Of a stretch of 53,484 bases of DNA, positions 8,645-18,606 are shown piece after piece. The stretch spans positions 1 to 53,484 of the forward strand of contig CAZTSG010000004.1 in assembly GCA_964616835.1 (NCBI GenBank). The letters are read 5' to 3'. The first letter of the stretch is position 1, and every line of letters starts with the position of its first letter. Source of the DNA: an uncultured Nitrososphaerota archaeon. GTDB lineage: Archaea > Thermoproteota > EX4484-205 > JAAOZP01. The position numbers were made by a program, and so were the translations under genes. The notes under the pieces were generated by a model. That model saw nothing but the letters and a program-made list of their open reading frames with translations, had not been told where the DNA came from and did no database searches.

Positions 8645-9280
8645 TTGAATAGCCTAGTTGAGATACCTTTAACCTCCTTCATCGTGTCTCTCTCCGGAGC
8701 CCTTGCCCCGGGCCCCCTGATAGTTACAACCGTTAGAGAATCCTCTTACATGAGGAGCTTTAAGCCAGGAGTATTCCTGTCTCTTGGGCATGCGTTAGCG
8801 GAAGCACCTGTCACTTTAATGCTGACTTACGGGCTGCTTAATGTTAGCAAGGATTTTTACCCTATCGTAAGCATATTGGGCGGGATCTTTTTAATCGCGA
8901 TGAGCATTCTATCTTTTTTAAAAAAGGCTAATAGCGTTGAAGCCCAGGGAGCTGCGCAAGCCCACGGTCCACTGACCATGATTGCACTGGGAGCTACAAT
9001 ATCTGTTTCGAACCCCTACTGGATTACTTGGTGGCTCACTATAGGGGCAGCCTACGTTTCTAAATCACTACCTTGGGGTGCGCTGGGGATAGTTTTATTC
9101 TACATCAGCCATCAAATGGGAGATTTTGCTGTTCTAGGATCCGTCTCAAAGCTGATGGCTAGTGGTGCTAGGAGCCTTGGGGAGAAGGGTTTAAAAATTC
9201 TGGTTGCCGTGTGCAATATTGCAATAATAGCGATAGGCGTCTCGTTCATGTTGGAGGGGGCCCGTATCTTCGCGTCTTAA
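8645..9280 (+). CDS. LysE-family translocator
   Basis: Motifs SGALAPGP, GHALAE and NPYWITWW; hydrophobic. Confidence 0.82.
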   Translation: MNSLVEIPLTSFIVSLSGALAPGPLIVTTVRESSYMRSFKPGVFLSLGHALAEAPVTLMLTYGLLNVSKDFYPIVSILGGIFLIAMSILSFLKKANSVEAQGAAQAHGPLTMIALGATISVSNPYWITWWLTIGAAYVSKSLPWGALGIVLFYISHQMGDFAVLGSVSKLMASGARSLGEKGLKILVAVCNIAIIAIGVSFMLEGARIFAS

Positions 9281-9354
9281 ACCACGAAATAATGGAGAAA
9301 CTGTTTTACGGTTGGAAGAGAATGTTTTTCAACCTTTGACCATTCTCCCCTCCC

Positions 9355-12201
9355 GTGGAGGAACCGTCTAGCAGGGAAGTCGTCTCAATGCTTGCCGAGC
9401 CCGTTGCCAAGCTCGTTTTAGAGAGGGGTCTTATACCGTTAACCGAGCCGCAGCTTAAAGCAATACCTGAAATAATTAATGGGAACAACGTTCTAATAGT
9501 AGCCCCCACCGGAATAGGGAAGACGGAAGCAGCCCTGCTCCCGATTTTAAGCATGATGGTTAGAGAGAGGATTAATGTTAAGAGCGGAGTGTTTCTGCTC
9601 TACGTAACCCCGCTCAGGGCTCTAAACAGAGACCTGGTGGAGAGGATAAGCTGGTGGGCTAGCAGGCTCGACTTGAAGCTCTCAGTAAGGCATGGGGATA
9701 CTCCGTCTTCCCAGAGAAGAGCCCAGTCATTAAGCCCTCCTCACATCCTCGTCACAACGCCGGAGACTTTTCAAATCCTGCTGATAGGCGCCAGGCTCAG
9801 GAGCCATTTGAAAACCGTGAGATGGGTCGTGGTCGACGAGCTTCACGAACTGGCTTCAGACAAAAGGGGGAGCCAGCTCTCCCTCGGCCTGGAGAGGCTT
9901 AAGAAGCTCGTGGGGGGGAAGATACAGATCATAGGGCTCTCCGCAACCATAGGCGAGCCGGAGCAGCTTGCGCGCTTCCTCGTAGGGTCGGATGGCGATT
10001 TTAAGGTTGTTGCAACTCCAGTGCCCAAGGGCGTTGAAATAAGCCTTGTGCTCCCAGACGTTGCCGATGAGGATTATTTACTTGCGGAAAGGCTTTTGAC
10101 AACCCCCGAGGTAGCGGCAAGGCTCAGAGTTATTAGGGAAGCGCTTGGCAGGAGCAACGCTTTACTGCTCTTCACCAACACTAGAGCAACGGCTGAGGCG
10201 CTCTCCAACAGGCTGCTGGTAATGAGCCTCCCCACTCCTGTTTCAATCCACCACGGGTCTCTCGGCGTGGAGGCGAGGGTTAGGGCGGAGGAGGGTTTGA
10301 AGGAGGGGGAGTTGAGGGGGGTAGTATGCACCTCCAGCCTTGAATTAGGCATAGACGTCGGCTCTATAGATTTCGTAATACAATACGGCTCGCCGAGGCA
10401 GGCTTCGAGGCTCATTCAGAGAATCGGGAGGAGCGGGCACAGGATAGGCTTAACATCTAGAGGAATGGTTTTATGCATGGATGAGGACGACGCCATTGAA
10501 TCTACTGTTATAAGGAGGAGGGCTTTAAACAGCATTTACGAACCTGTTTCGCCTCCAGAAGCTCCCTACGATGTTCTTGCGCATCAAATAGTAGGAATGC
10601 TCTTGGAAAAGAACAGGTGGAGTGTGGAAGAAATGTTGAAGCTTATTCAGGGCAGTACACCGTATTCAAGAATTTCGAGAGGGGAGTTGGAGAGGATCCT
10701 GGAGTTTCTCTCAACGCAGTATCCGAGGCTGCTGTTTTTCGAAAAATACAGTGACATGGTCAGACCTGGGAGGAGAAGAGAGCTCATAAGGTTCTTCTTC
10801 GAACATATTTCAAGCATACCTGAGGTCAAGCAGTACCCTGTTTTCAACGAGGAAGAAAACCTTGTCGTCGGAAACTTGGATGAGGAGTTCGTTGCAGAGA
10901 AAGGCCTTCCGGGGACGAAATTCGTAATGGGGGGACTAGTATGGTCGATAATTCAGGTTTTTAACGGTAAGGTCATAGTTAAGAGGGCGGAGGACTCTTT
11001 AGGAGCAGTACCCTTCTGGACCGGTGAGGAAATACCTGTTACTTACGAAGCAGCGATAGAAGTAGGGGGCTTCAGAAGGATGGTTGAAGAAGAGTATCGT
11101 AGGGGAAGCAGACCAGAGGAAATAGTTGAAAAAGTATCTGAAAAATACGGTGTTGAAGGGGATTTCGCTCTCAAGATCGTTAAGCCTACTTTAGAGTGTC
11201 TTGAGAAAGGCATACCAATCGGCACTGATAGGAGAATCGTGTTTGAGAAGTGGGGCGACTATACCATCATACACGCTTGCTTGGGAGACCTTGGAAACAG
11301 GGCTTTGTCAAAGATCGTTGGGTCAATAGTGCTTTCTGAAGTAGGGTTAACGGTTCCCGTGAGCAGAGACCCCTATAGAGTGATGGTTGAAAGAGTAGTC
11401 TCGTCGTCGGTGATACTGGATAGGATTAGAAGCCTCGATGAGAAGGAAGTTATGAGGATGCTCTTAGAGAATATTGAAAACGTTGGGCTTTTCAAAAGAA
11501 GGTTCCTACACGTCGCTAGGAGAATGGGGATAATAGAGAAAGACGCTGACCTCACATCCATAAGGTTGGAATCCCTCATAAGAAGCAGTAAGGGAACAGT
11601 GGCCTATGATGAGGCAGTTAAGGAATTGCTGTCGAAAGACTATGATGTAAAACCACTGATGGAGATGGTTAGGAAAATTGCCTCGGGGGAGCTTGAAACA
11701 ATTGTGTATGAGAACGAAAATGAGCCATCCCCCTTGGCAAAACCCATACTTAGACAGGCTGAGAGACACCTCGACATATATCCTCCGGAGAAGGTTGACA
11801 AGATAGTTTTAATGTATGCCTCAGCAAGGCTTAGGAATACTCCCCTAGAACTTGTTTGTAGCGAATGCGGCTTGCTCCATGGCACTATTAAACCGGAGGA
11901 ATATTCTCCGGGTGCAAGGTGCAGCAGGTGCGGTGGTAAACTGGGCGTGAACCCTATGCCGGGCGTTAGAATTAGGCGCGGGAAATCGAGGAGGATGAAA
12001 ATGGTTTTCAGAAAGATCGCTAAAACGGCGGAGTTGCTTGAAAAATACGGTGGAGATGCTGCTCTAGCCCTTGCCGGGAGAGGATTAAGCCTGAAGACTG
12101 TTGAGAAAATACTGTTGAGAAAAAGCGCGACGGGGGAGGATATTGTGAAGCTGATAGTCGACGCTGAGAGAAAGCGTTTTCAAAGAGCTTTAGAAGCTTA
12201 G
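9355..12201 (+). CDS. lhr: Lhr-like SF2 DEAD/H helicase with C-terminal Zn ribbon
   Basis: Motifs APTGIGKT, DELH, SAT, SSLELGIDVG, QRIGRSGH; C-terminal CSEC and CSRC. Confidence 0.88.
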   Translation: MEEPSSREVVSMLAEPVAKLVLERGLIPLTEPQLKAIPEIINGNNVLIVAPTGIGKTEAALLPILSMMVRERINVKSGVFLLYVTPLRALNRDLVERISWWASRLDLKLSVRHGDTPSSQRRAQSLSPPHILVTTPETFQILLIGARLRSHLKTVRWVVVDELHELASDKRGSQLSLGLERLKKLVGGKIQIIGLSATIGEPEQLARFLVGSDGDFKVVATPVPKGVEISLVLPDVADEDYLLAERLLTTPEVAARLRVIREALGRSNALLLFTNTRATAEALSNRLLVMSLPTPVSIHHGSLGVEARVRAEEGLKEGELRGVVCTSSLELGIDVGSIDFVIQYGSPRQASRLIQRIGRSGHRIGLTSRGMVLCMDEDDAIESTVIRRRALNSIYEPVSPPEAPYDVLAHQIVGMLLEKNRWSVEEMLKLIQGSTPYSRISRGELERILEFLSTQYPRLLFFEKYSDMVRPGRRRELIRFFFEHISSIPEVKQYPVFNEEENLVVGNLDEEFVAEKGLPGTKFVMGGLVWSIIQVFNGKVIVKRAEDSLGAVPFWTGEEIPVTYEAAIEVGGFRRMVEEEYRRGSRPEEIVEKVSEKYGVEGDFALKIVKPTLECLEKGIPIGTDRRIVFEKWGDYTIIHACLGDLGNRALSKIVGSIVLSEVGLTVPVSRDPYRVMVERVVSSSVILDRIRSLDEKEVMRMLLENIENVGLFKRRFLHVARRMGIIEKDADLTSIRLESLIRSSKGTVAYDEAVKELLSKDYDVKPLMEMVRKIASGELETIVYENENEPSPLAKPILRQAERHLDIYPPEKVDKIVLMYASARLRNTPLELVCSECGLLHGTIKPEEYSPGARCSRCGGKLGVNPMPGVRIRRGKSRRMKMVFRKIAKTAELLEKYGGDAALALAGRGLSLKTVEKILLRKSATGEDIVKLIVDAERKRFQRALEA

Positions 12202-12296
12202 AATATTTAACCCTTCAACGCATTGTATAAATAGCGAGCGTAACCTTACTCAGCGATTCTAGAAAAGCAAGATTGTTTCAAATCCTTGCCTACGGG

Positions 12297-12848
12297 TCAA
12301 GCGCTTAAAACATAGTGTATGAATTTCTCCACATCGAGTTCAGCGAAAGTCCTCCATCCTAGCACAAGATTATTCCCGTCTTCAGCAATGTATCCCCTAC
12401 GTATGTACCTGGCGAGGTTAAGCTTGACTTTCCACTCGGGAAATTTCTTTTTCAGTATTTCCTCAACCTCTTTAACCGGGGCCGACCCCTTATGAGAGAT
12501 TATCGTTGATATGACGACAGCCAACCCAGCGATCTCGTCTATAGACCATCCTAGTGTTTTCGCAGCGGTAATGCTCAATTCATCCTTGAGCGTAACGTAG
12601 AACCTTGCAGTAGAGAGTTTGCTTTCGTCATCGCTGATATTAAGCTCGCTCCCGTCGTCCGAGACTATTTTTATCGTTAACCCAAGTTCTTGAAAACGCG
12701 TGTTGAGAAACTTGATTATAGAAAGATAGCCTGGCCCAAGGTTCTTCTTAAGCTCCCACCCCTTAACCCCTGGAACTCTGTGACTTTTAAACAATAAGAG
12801 TTGAACTGCCCGCGCGACCTTGCTCCTTATTCTTTCCTCCCGCTCCAA
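12297..12848 (-). CDS. tandem winged-helix KITE-like protein (Nse1/Nse3-MAGE-like)
   Basis: The C-terminal RGYI...LVLGWRTFAEL echoes the Nse1/MAGE G-x-R-x-x-x-E end. It lies directly downstream of a kleisin-like gene. Confidence 0.6.
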   Translation of the reverse strand: MEREERIRSKVARAVQLLLFKSHRVPGVKGWELKKNLGPGYLSIIKFLNTRFQELGLTIKIVSDDGSELNISDDESKLSTARFYVTLKDELSITAAKTLGWSIDEIAGLAVVISTIISHKGSAPVKEVEEILKKKFPEWKVKLNLARYIRRGYIAEDGNNLVLGWRTFAELDVEKFIHYVLSA

Positions 12849-12860
12849 TTCACTATCCTC

Positions 12861-13571
12861 CTAAATGGGTAATGCTACTGAATGCTTGCCAACATCCTTC
12901 GGGCTCGTCTTGAAAACCCAGACCTTGTTTTTCAAAGGGTCCTGCACAATCCCCACAAGCCCCCTTGTCATGAGGAAGCTTAAAGCTAATGCTCTCAACA
13001 CCTTCTTCTCCTCCCCCTCCCTATTTATCAAGTCGTAATAGTCAACAGGTTCAGAACCGATTTCCCCCATGATCTTCTCCATCTCGGCTTCAAAATCAGC
13101 CTCCTCCATCTCCAAGAGCTCGCTAAGCATGCTCGGAGTACCTGTTAAGGCTTCCTCAGCCCCAGGCAAGTAGTATTCCCTCAGGTTAGCCCAGTAGCCG
13201 TAGGCTGTCCGCATTATGCTCATAGTAGCTTGCTCGTTTTCAGCAATAGGCCTGAAGGCTTTAAGGAAGGCTTCTGCAAGCCTCTCCCTGTCAAGCCCCA
13301 TGAGCCTGATCTCCATGAGAAAGGGGTCGAGGTAGAGCCTGCTAGCCCTCTTCTTAACATCCTCTTGTTGGAGCAGTATCACATAGATTATCTTTAGCAG
13401 AGCAGCCATGTTCATAACTAGGGTTTTCTCATCCATTTCAGATAGTCCTTCTCTAAGTTTCCTAATGTTCTCTTTAACGTCTACTACGAAAGGATCAAGA
13501 TTCTTCTCAATAACCTCATCGCAAAGACGGATTATTCTCTCAATCAGCTCGACGTATTTGCTAGATGGCAT
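12861..13571 (-). CDS. kleisin-like protein (ScpA/Nse4-like)
   Basis: N-terminal LDPFVVDV (compare INPWDIKI in ScpA of this window). C-terminal kleisin WH pattern ALALSFLMTRGLVGIVQDP. Confidence 0.65.
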   Translation of the reverse strand: MPSSKYVELIERIIRLCDEVIEKNLDPFVVDVKENIRKLREGLSEMDEKTLVMNMAALLKIIYVILLQQEDVKKRASRLYLDPFLMEIRLMGLDRERLAEAFLKAFRPIAENEQATMSIMRTAYGYWANLREYYLPGAEEALTGTPSMLSELLEMEEADFEAEMEKIMGEIGSEPVDYYDLINREGEEKKVLRALALSFLMTRGLVGIVQDPLKNKVWVFKTSPKDVGKHSVALPI

Positions 13572-13679
13572 TTAGTTCAACTCCTCATCCATGCGACTCA
13601 GAACCAACTGATAGAATAAGGATATTAAACTTTATATGGGTTAGTAAAAATCAATAAAATCGAACCAAAAACGAGTACT

Positions 13680-14242
13680 TTACGAAAATTTATTTTTACA
13701 ATGCTTAACCTTGTATTTTGCGGCGAGTATTGTTAAAAATCCGATAATCACCATTATAACTCCCCCGCCAACAATATTATAGTCAGGCTCGTCTCGAAAT
13801 TTAGCTACCCATACATGCACCTCCTTTGGATACAGGTCATCGTTAAGGAAGATGAAGTATTTTACGTGAAACGAACCTAGTGCACCTGGAAATTCCGGCG
13901 GGGATGCGTTAAACAAATATTCTGCGTGATTAGTTTCAACCCAATGAGGCTCGTACTCTCCCCTCCGCCATTTCCAGAAATATTCATCTGATAACGGGTA
14001 ACACGTTTTAATAGTATCGTTAGAGACGAAGGAAGCAATATAGTTAGATAGAGAGTAAATCGCAAAGTCAATCCAATCAGAACTGTTTCCCGGAATAATG
14101 AGTACGTTATCCCTCTCTACATAATAGAAAACCCTTACTCTCCCGAACAAAGGGTTTATCAGGAAGATAGTAAGGATGATGATGCTAAAGCAATCAGCAT
14201 CGAGCCAAGTCCCATTGCTACGAGGAAAAAATCTTTTCCCAT
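13680..14242 (-). pseudogene. frameshifted membrane protein gene
   Basis: SD (GGTG) and ATG 14242 give MGKDFFLVAMGLGSMLIAL, which soon stops. The hydrophobic helix continues in another frame (SIIILTIFLINPLFGRV) into the 13680-14150 ORF. Confidence 0.5.
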
Positions 14243-14277
14243 ATTCGCACCTTTAATTACTTATGCAACAAATTCTT

Positions 14278-15179
14278 TTAAGGAATTGCAGGCACCGTTT
14301 GAAGGAAACCAGTAGCAACTCCGTCATTAGTGTATACTTTTCCCTTAATGACATAAGCTGGAGTTATTTTTGTGAATTCTGCTTCTAATGAGGGGGCAAA
14401 ATACACTAGTTCAACCGATTCAACGACAGCTTTGATAATTCTTTCCCTAGGCACATCTACCCCGTAGCCCAGCTCTCTGAGCTTTTCAACAGCCTGTCTA
14501 GGCTTCAGTATGCGAACTTTTTGAGAAGCATTAACCTCCCAGAAGCTGCCGATGAAACCTATTATCTCTCCGCCCTTACCTATGTAAACCCGGACTTTAG
14601 CGCCAGGACCCCACAATGGCAAACCATCATAGTAAAGCATAAAATTTTTACATGAATATTGTTCAACATCGTTTTCTCAGAACCATTCACAGTATAATAT
14701 ATCGTAATAGTATCGTTGGCAACATCCGAAAACGATATTTGTAGGCTTCTTGACGTAATACCTTCGGCCTTAAGCCTCCTAAGAAATTGTTCTGCAATAG
14801 CTATACAGTTTTCGGTCAATGGAAGTTCTTGCCAAGTATAGGCAGCACAACACATTTTATCATTATCGAAGTATTTTATTCCTCCAGAAGCATATACGGA
14901 GAGTTCACGGGAACCCTCTACAATCTTCCAAGCATTATCCGTAAATTGAGGCTCGCTCCTCATATTAAACAGTTCCAATGCCATCTTCAAGACCTGCTCT
15001 CTAGTTATCTTTCTAGGCATCGTCTCTAGAACATAAACTTCATCTGCCACTTCCAGCAAATTGGTTTCAATAATGATTTCTTCACCACTCGCAGGCACTA
15101 ACCAACCGACTATATACAGCACCATAAGAAATAATACAGATGCTGGAAAAACTATTTTAAACATGGTTTTCATACTCAA
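14278..15179 (-). pseudogene. frameshifted secreted/surface protein gene
   Basis: A signal-peptide ORF (14580-15179) and the 14278-14640 ORF overlap. They join at an A5T4 tract near 14641-14649 (NIHV...FMLYYDGLP). Confidence 0.6.
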
Positions 15180-15397
15180 TACTGTCGATCTCTTTTTTTA
15201 AATACCATCATCCTTTACTTCCTGAAACAATCGTATATTAAACAAAGATTTAAAAAGCTATCTTTCAAAAATGTTTCTGAAATATTCTAAAAAGTTGCTA
15301 TAACAAGCCCACTTACCTGTTGACTAAGATTCTTCTCTGCTAATCTCATTACGTTCAGTTACTGTTTTTTTATTTCTCCTCAACTACTTCATCATTT

Positions 15398-17188
15398 TTA
15401 CTGTTCAACGCTCGGCTCAACCTCTAGTATCCTCGACTCATCCTGAACCTTCTGAACCACTATTATGTGCGCGTCTTTAATTGGAGGAGGGGTTCCGGGG
15501 GTTATGCAGAGGTAAGCTACCCCCGGGTTCTCCTTAACAACCTCCGAGAGTATTTGGAAAAACCTCTTTCTCATGAGCGGGTCCATGTGAACATCCAGCT
15601 CGTCTATTCCACGTATGCTCGATTTTACCAATGATTGAAGAGCCATGAGGAAGGAAACTACTGTAGCACTTCTTTCCCCGCCGCTCTGAGTATAGACGTT
15701 GAACTCCGTCAAGGGGCCGCCGCCGAAGCCGACGAATATTACGAGTCCAGCGTTATCAATATCTTCCATGTTCATTAGGCGCAGGTCTCCGGTTCCCCCC
15801 ATGGTCTCCATGTTCTTCTTAAAATTCTCGTTTATCTTCTCAACTACCTCAACGATCTTCCTTCTCCATATTTCCATTCTCTCCTTAAGCTCGGCTTCAG
15901 CAGCCATCCTGTTTTCGACAACCATCTTAACCTTCTGCTCAAGGTCACTGTACACTTTAAGATAATTGTTGTAGAATTCCTCAGCGTTCTCTGAAACCGT
16001 GCCGAGGGAAGCTATTTGGATAACGCAGTCGTTAATCCTCTTCTCTATAACGTCGGGTGGCTCAACCTCCCTGGGGGCTTCGCCCTCTAATTGACTCTTA
16101 ACTTCATTAATCTTAGTGTCGATTGATTTCAGCTTCTCCTCTAGGCGGCGGCGCTCAGCCTCAAGCTCTCTCAATCTGTATTTCACTACCTCAGCCCTAA
16201 CGTTCAGCTTAACGTACTTCCTTATCAGCCTAGTTATCTCCTCGTCGAGCCTACTATACTCGTCGATGAGGCTTTCAACATCAGCCTTGCCCTCCGAGGC
16301 CTTGAAGAAAATGCCTTTCAGCTTCATCCTAGCCTTGTTCAGACTGTTCCAAACCTTCTCACTCTTCTCCAAGTTCCTCGATGCAATCTGATTGCCTCTG
16401 CTAATCCTCTCCCCGATCTTAGAAATCTTCTCCTGAATCCTCAGCCTCTCACCATTAAGCTGGTTGAAAACACTCCATTTGAAGAGCCTGTTCAACTCCG
16501 CGTGAAGCGCTTGAAGCTCCCTTCTCTTAACGAGCTTCTCATACTCTGTTCTCCACATTTCCAGCGTCTCCCGGGCCTCGTTCAAGAGGGTTTCAACAGC
16601 CTTCTCCTCGCTAACTATCTTGCTCAACTTCTCCTGGGAGGCCTTTATGTTGTCCCTTAAGCCGGAGAGGCCGACAGCACCCTCTACAAGCCTAAGCTTC
16701 TCGGAAGGATCTAGAGATGCGAATTCCTCAATCATGTACTGATGCATTATTATGAGCATGTTCGAAGGATCTATGCCGAAGAGTGAAAGAATCTCGTCAA
16801 CCTCCATTTTAGTAGCAGGGTTATAGTTTATCTGGCTCCAGTACTCACCGTCCCTCCTCAAGTACCTGGTTATGACGAGCTCGTCAGACCTTACGAAGGG
16901 CACAGGTCTCTTTCCATCATTGCCCGGGGAATTGTCGAAAATCAGTGTTACTCTAGCAATGTCCTCCCCAATCCTTATTAAATCGCTCAGTTTCTCAGCC
17001 CTGCCGCTACGCGACAGGCCGAGGCCGACTGAAATACCCCATAGAATCGAAGACTTGCCGGAACCGTTCGGGCCCAGAATCAGATTAAGTCCAGGGCGAA
17101 TAGCTATGTTACTGTAGCGATAGCTCATGAAATTCTCTAGTATGACGGCTTTCAAACGAATGCTTTTCTCCTGCTCCGCTGCCTCCAC
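15398..17188 (-). CDS. short SMC5/6-like (coalescin/ClsN-type) ATPase
   Basis: LENFMSY, Walker A GPNGSGKS, Q-loop MHQ, signature QSGGERS, Walker B/D-loop IDELDVHMDP; short coiled coils, 596 aa. Confidence 0.85.
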   Translation of the reverse strand: MEAAEQEKSIRLKAVILENFMSYRYSNIAIRPGLNLILGPNGSGKSSILWGISVGLGLSRSGRAEKLSDLIRIGEDIARVTLIFDNSPGNDGKRPVPFVRSDELVITRYLRRDGEYWSQINYNPATKMEVDEILSLFGIDPSNMLIIMHQYMIEEFASLDPSEKLRLVEGAVGLSGLRDNIKASQEKLSKIVSEEKAVETLLNEARETLEMWRTEYEKLVKRRELQALHAELNRLFKWSVFNQLNGERLRIQEKISKIGERISRGNQIASRNLEKSEKVWNSLNKARMKLKGIFFKASEGKADVESLIDEYSRLDEEITRLIRKYVKLNVRAEVVKYRLRELEAERRRLEEKLKSIDTKINEVKSQLEGEAPREVEPPDVIEKRINDCVIQIASLGTVSENAEEFYNNYLKVYSDLEQKVKMVVENRMAAEAELKERMEIWRRKIVEVVEKINENFKKNMETMGGTGDLRLMNMEDIDNAGLVIFVGFGGGPLTEFNVYTQSGGERSATVVSFLMALQSLVKSSIRGIDELDVHMDPLMRKRFFQILSEVVKENPGVAYLCITPGTPPPIKDAHIIVVQKVQDESRILEVEPSVEQ

Positions 17189-17327
17189 CAGTGCTTAGGG
17201 TCTTCGAAGGCTTAGATAAGAGTTTTTCAGCATCGCATCTAAATGTTGGAAGCCTATCCCACGCTTCAACGCATAATCATCCATCGGAAAAAACGGTTAA
17301 AAGCCGATTATTGTTTTTTAGTGGAAG

Positions 17328-18026
17328 ATGGTTACTGCGGGCAAGATATTCAGGCTCGACGAATACTTGGCTCAAAGCGAGATTGCTCAGAGGCTTAAGG
17401 GGTATAGGGTAGAGACCCCCCTCGAAGGCTCTGACCTCGCGCTCGTTACCGAGGTGGTTGAGCTTAAGGCTTCTCAAAACATGCTGGAGGGAGTTTTGAG
17501 CAGGGATGTCCCCATCACGCTGAGGAGAAGAGATAAGACTGAAATCGCCATCAAGACTGTTGACTCCGTGTTCAGCTTCGTATTCCGCAAGAAGAGGGTT
17601 TTCCTCATAGTTTTGGAGAAGAAGCCTGTTGCCAACATGGTTGCCAACATGTTCAGCCAAATAATATTTCTTAAAAGCGGGAAGATAGTTGAAGCAAGGA
17701 TCTCCCCGAAAGTCATGCTAGAATATCATAATGCTAATAGCGACGCTGCTAAAGTTGTTTTCTTCGACAATGTCGACATACCTAACATTGAGAAACTATC
17801 CTTATACGGGCCTTCGCTGGCCAACACCAGTCTTTTCTCAGAGTATTTGAAGCACGGGGACATATGGTATGTAGTGATTTCCCACCGTAAATCGGGCTAC
17901 GTTGCCGGCATTACTAGGGATAGCGTAGTAACTATTTTCAGCAGGATCGACCCAGTTACATTCATAAGGTTCTCCGTCGAGGAAATTATTCCACTAATTG
18001 AAGAATCCGAGTCCTCTAAGACGTAG
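17328..18026 (+). CDS. hypothetical protein, divergent from the SMC5/6-like gene
   Basis: 232-aa ATG ORF with natural composition. It fills the gap between convergent and divergent neighbours. Confidence 0.7.
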   Translation: MVTAGKIFRLDEYLAQSEIAQRLKGYRVETPLEGSDLALVTEVVELKASQNMLEGVLSRDVPITLRRRDKTEIAIKTVDSVFSFVFRKKRVFLIVLEKKPVANMVANMFSQIIFLKSGKIVEARISPKVMLEYHNANSDAAKVVFFDNVDIPNIEKLSLYGPSLANTSLFSEYLKHGDIWYVVISHRKSGYVAGITRDSVVTIFSRIDPVTFIRFSVEEIIPLIEESESSKT

Positions 18027-18606
18027 ATATGAGGGCTTCGTATTCGCTTTCCGTCAGAGCATCAAGCTTCCTCAAGCTCTCAACAAGTTTTCTAAACTCG
18101 AAAACATAGTGGAGCTCCACTCCTTTCTTCCTAAGCTTTTCAGCAGCTTTCTTACTCTGGCACACTATTACTACCGCGTCCTCGACAACTCCCCCCTCCG
18201 ATACGATCTTGTCAACAGCCTTCGAAACCTGCCTGCCCGTTGAAACGAAGTCGTCTATGATAAGCACTTTATCACCTATCTTGAACAACCCCTCTACAGA
18301 CTTTGCTTTCCCCTCCCTTAGGAGTAGCATCGGCTTACCGGTCTTGATGGAGACGTAGGAGGCATAGGGTATTCCAGCCAACGGGACCCCTAGGACAGAA
18401 TTAAACTTCTCAACCCCCACCTCTTTCCTAACCACCTCAACAATTCTCCTCGCAACCCTACTGAAAACCCTAGGGTTGCTGAGGATGACTGTTAAATCGA
18501 GTACGTAAGGCTGTAGAATACCCTCGTCCGTTTTTTCAGGCCATATGAGGAACCCTCCTGCTTGAACAAGGCTTTTAGCAACCAGGTCAACTAAGCTTGT
18601 AGACAA
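18016..18606 (-). CDS. pyrE: orotate phosphoribosyltransferase
   Basis: PRPP motif VLIIDDFVSTG; also GVPLAGIP and PYVLDL. Confidence 0.72.
   Translation of the reverse strand: MSTSLVDLVAKSLVQAGGFLIWPEKTDEGILQPYVLDLTVILSNPRVFSRVARRIVEVVRKEVGVEKFNSVLGVPLAGIPYASYVSIKTGKPMLLLREGKAKSVEGLFKIGDKVLIIDDFVSTGRQVSKAVDKIVSEGGVVEDAVVIVCQSKKAAEKLRKKGVELHYVFEFRKLVESLRKLDALTESEYEALISTS

Noticed and set aside
14630-14655. Programmed ribosomal frameshift joining the two islet ORFs
   Set aside because: There is no in-frame X XXY YYZ heptamer and no BHB motif. The neighbouring gene is also broken, so decay or error is simpler.
15340-15396. C/D-box sRNA (minus-strand ATGATGA...CTGA)
   Set aside because: No clear second box pair and the putative guide is A-rich and low in complexity.
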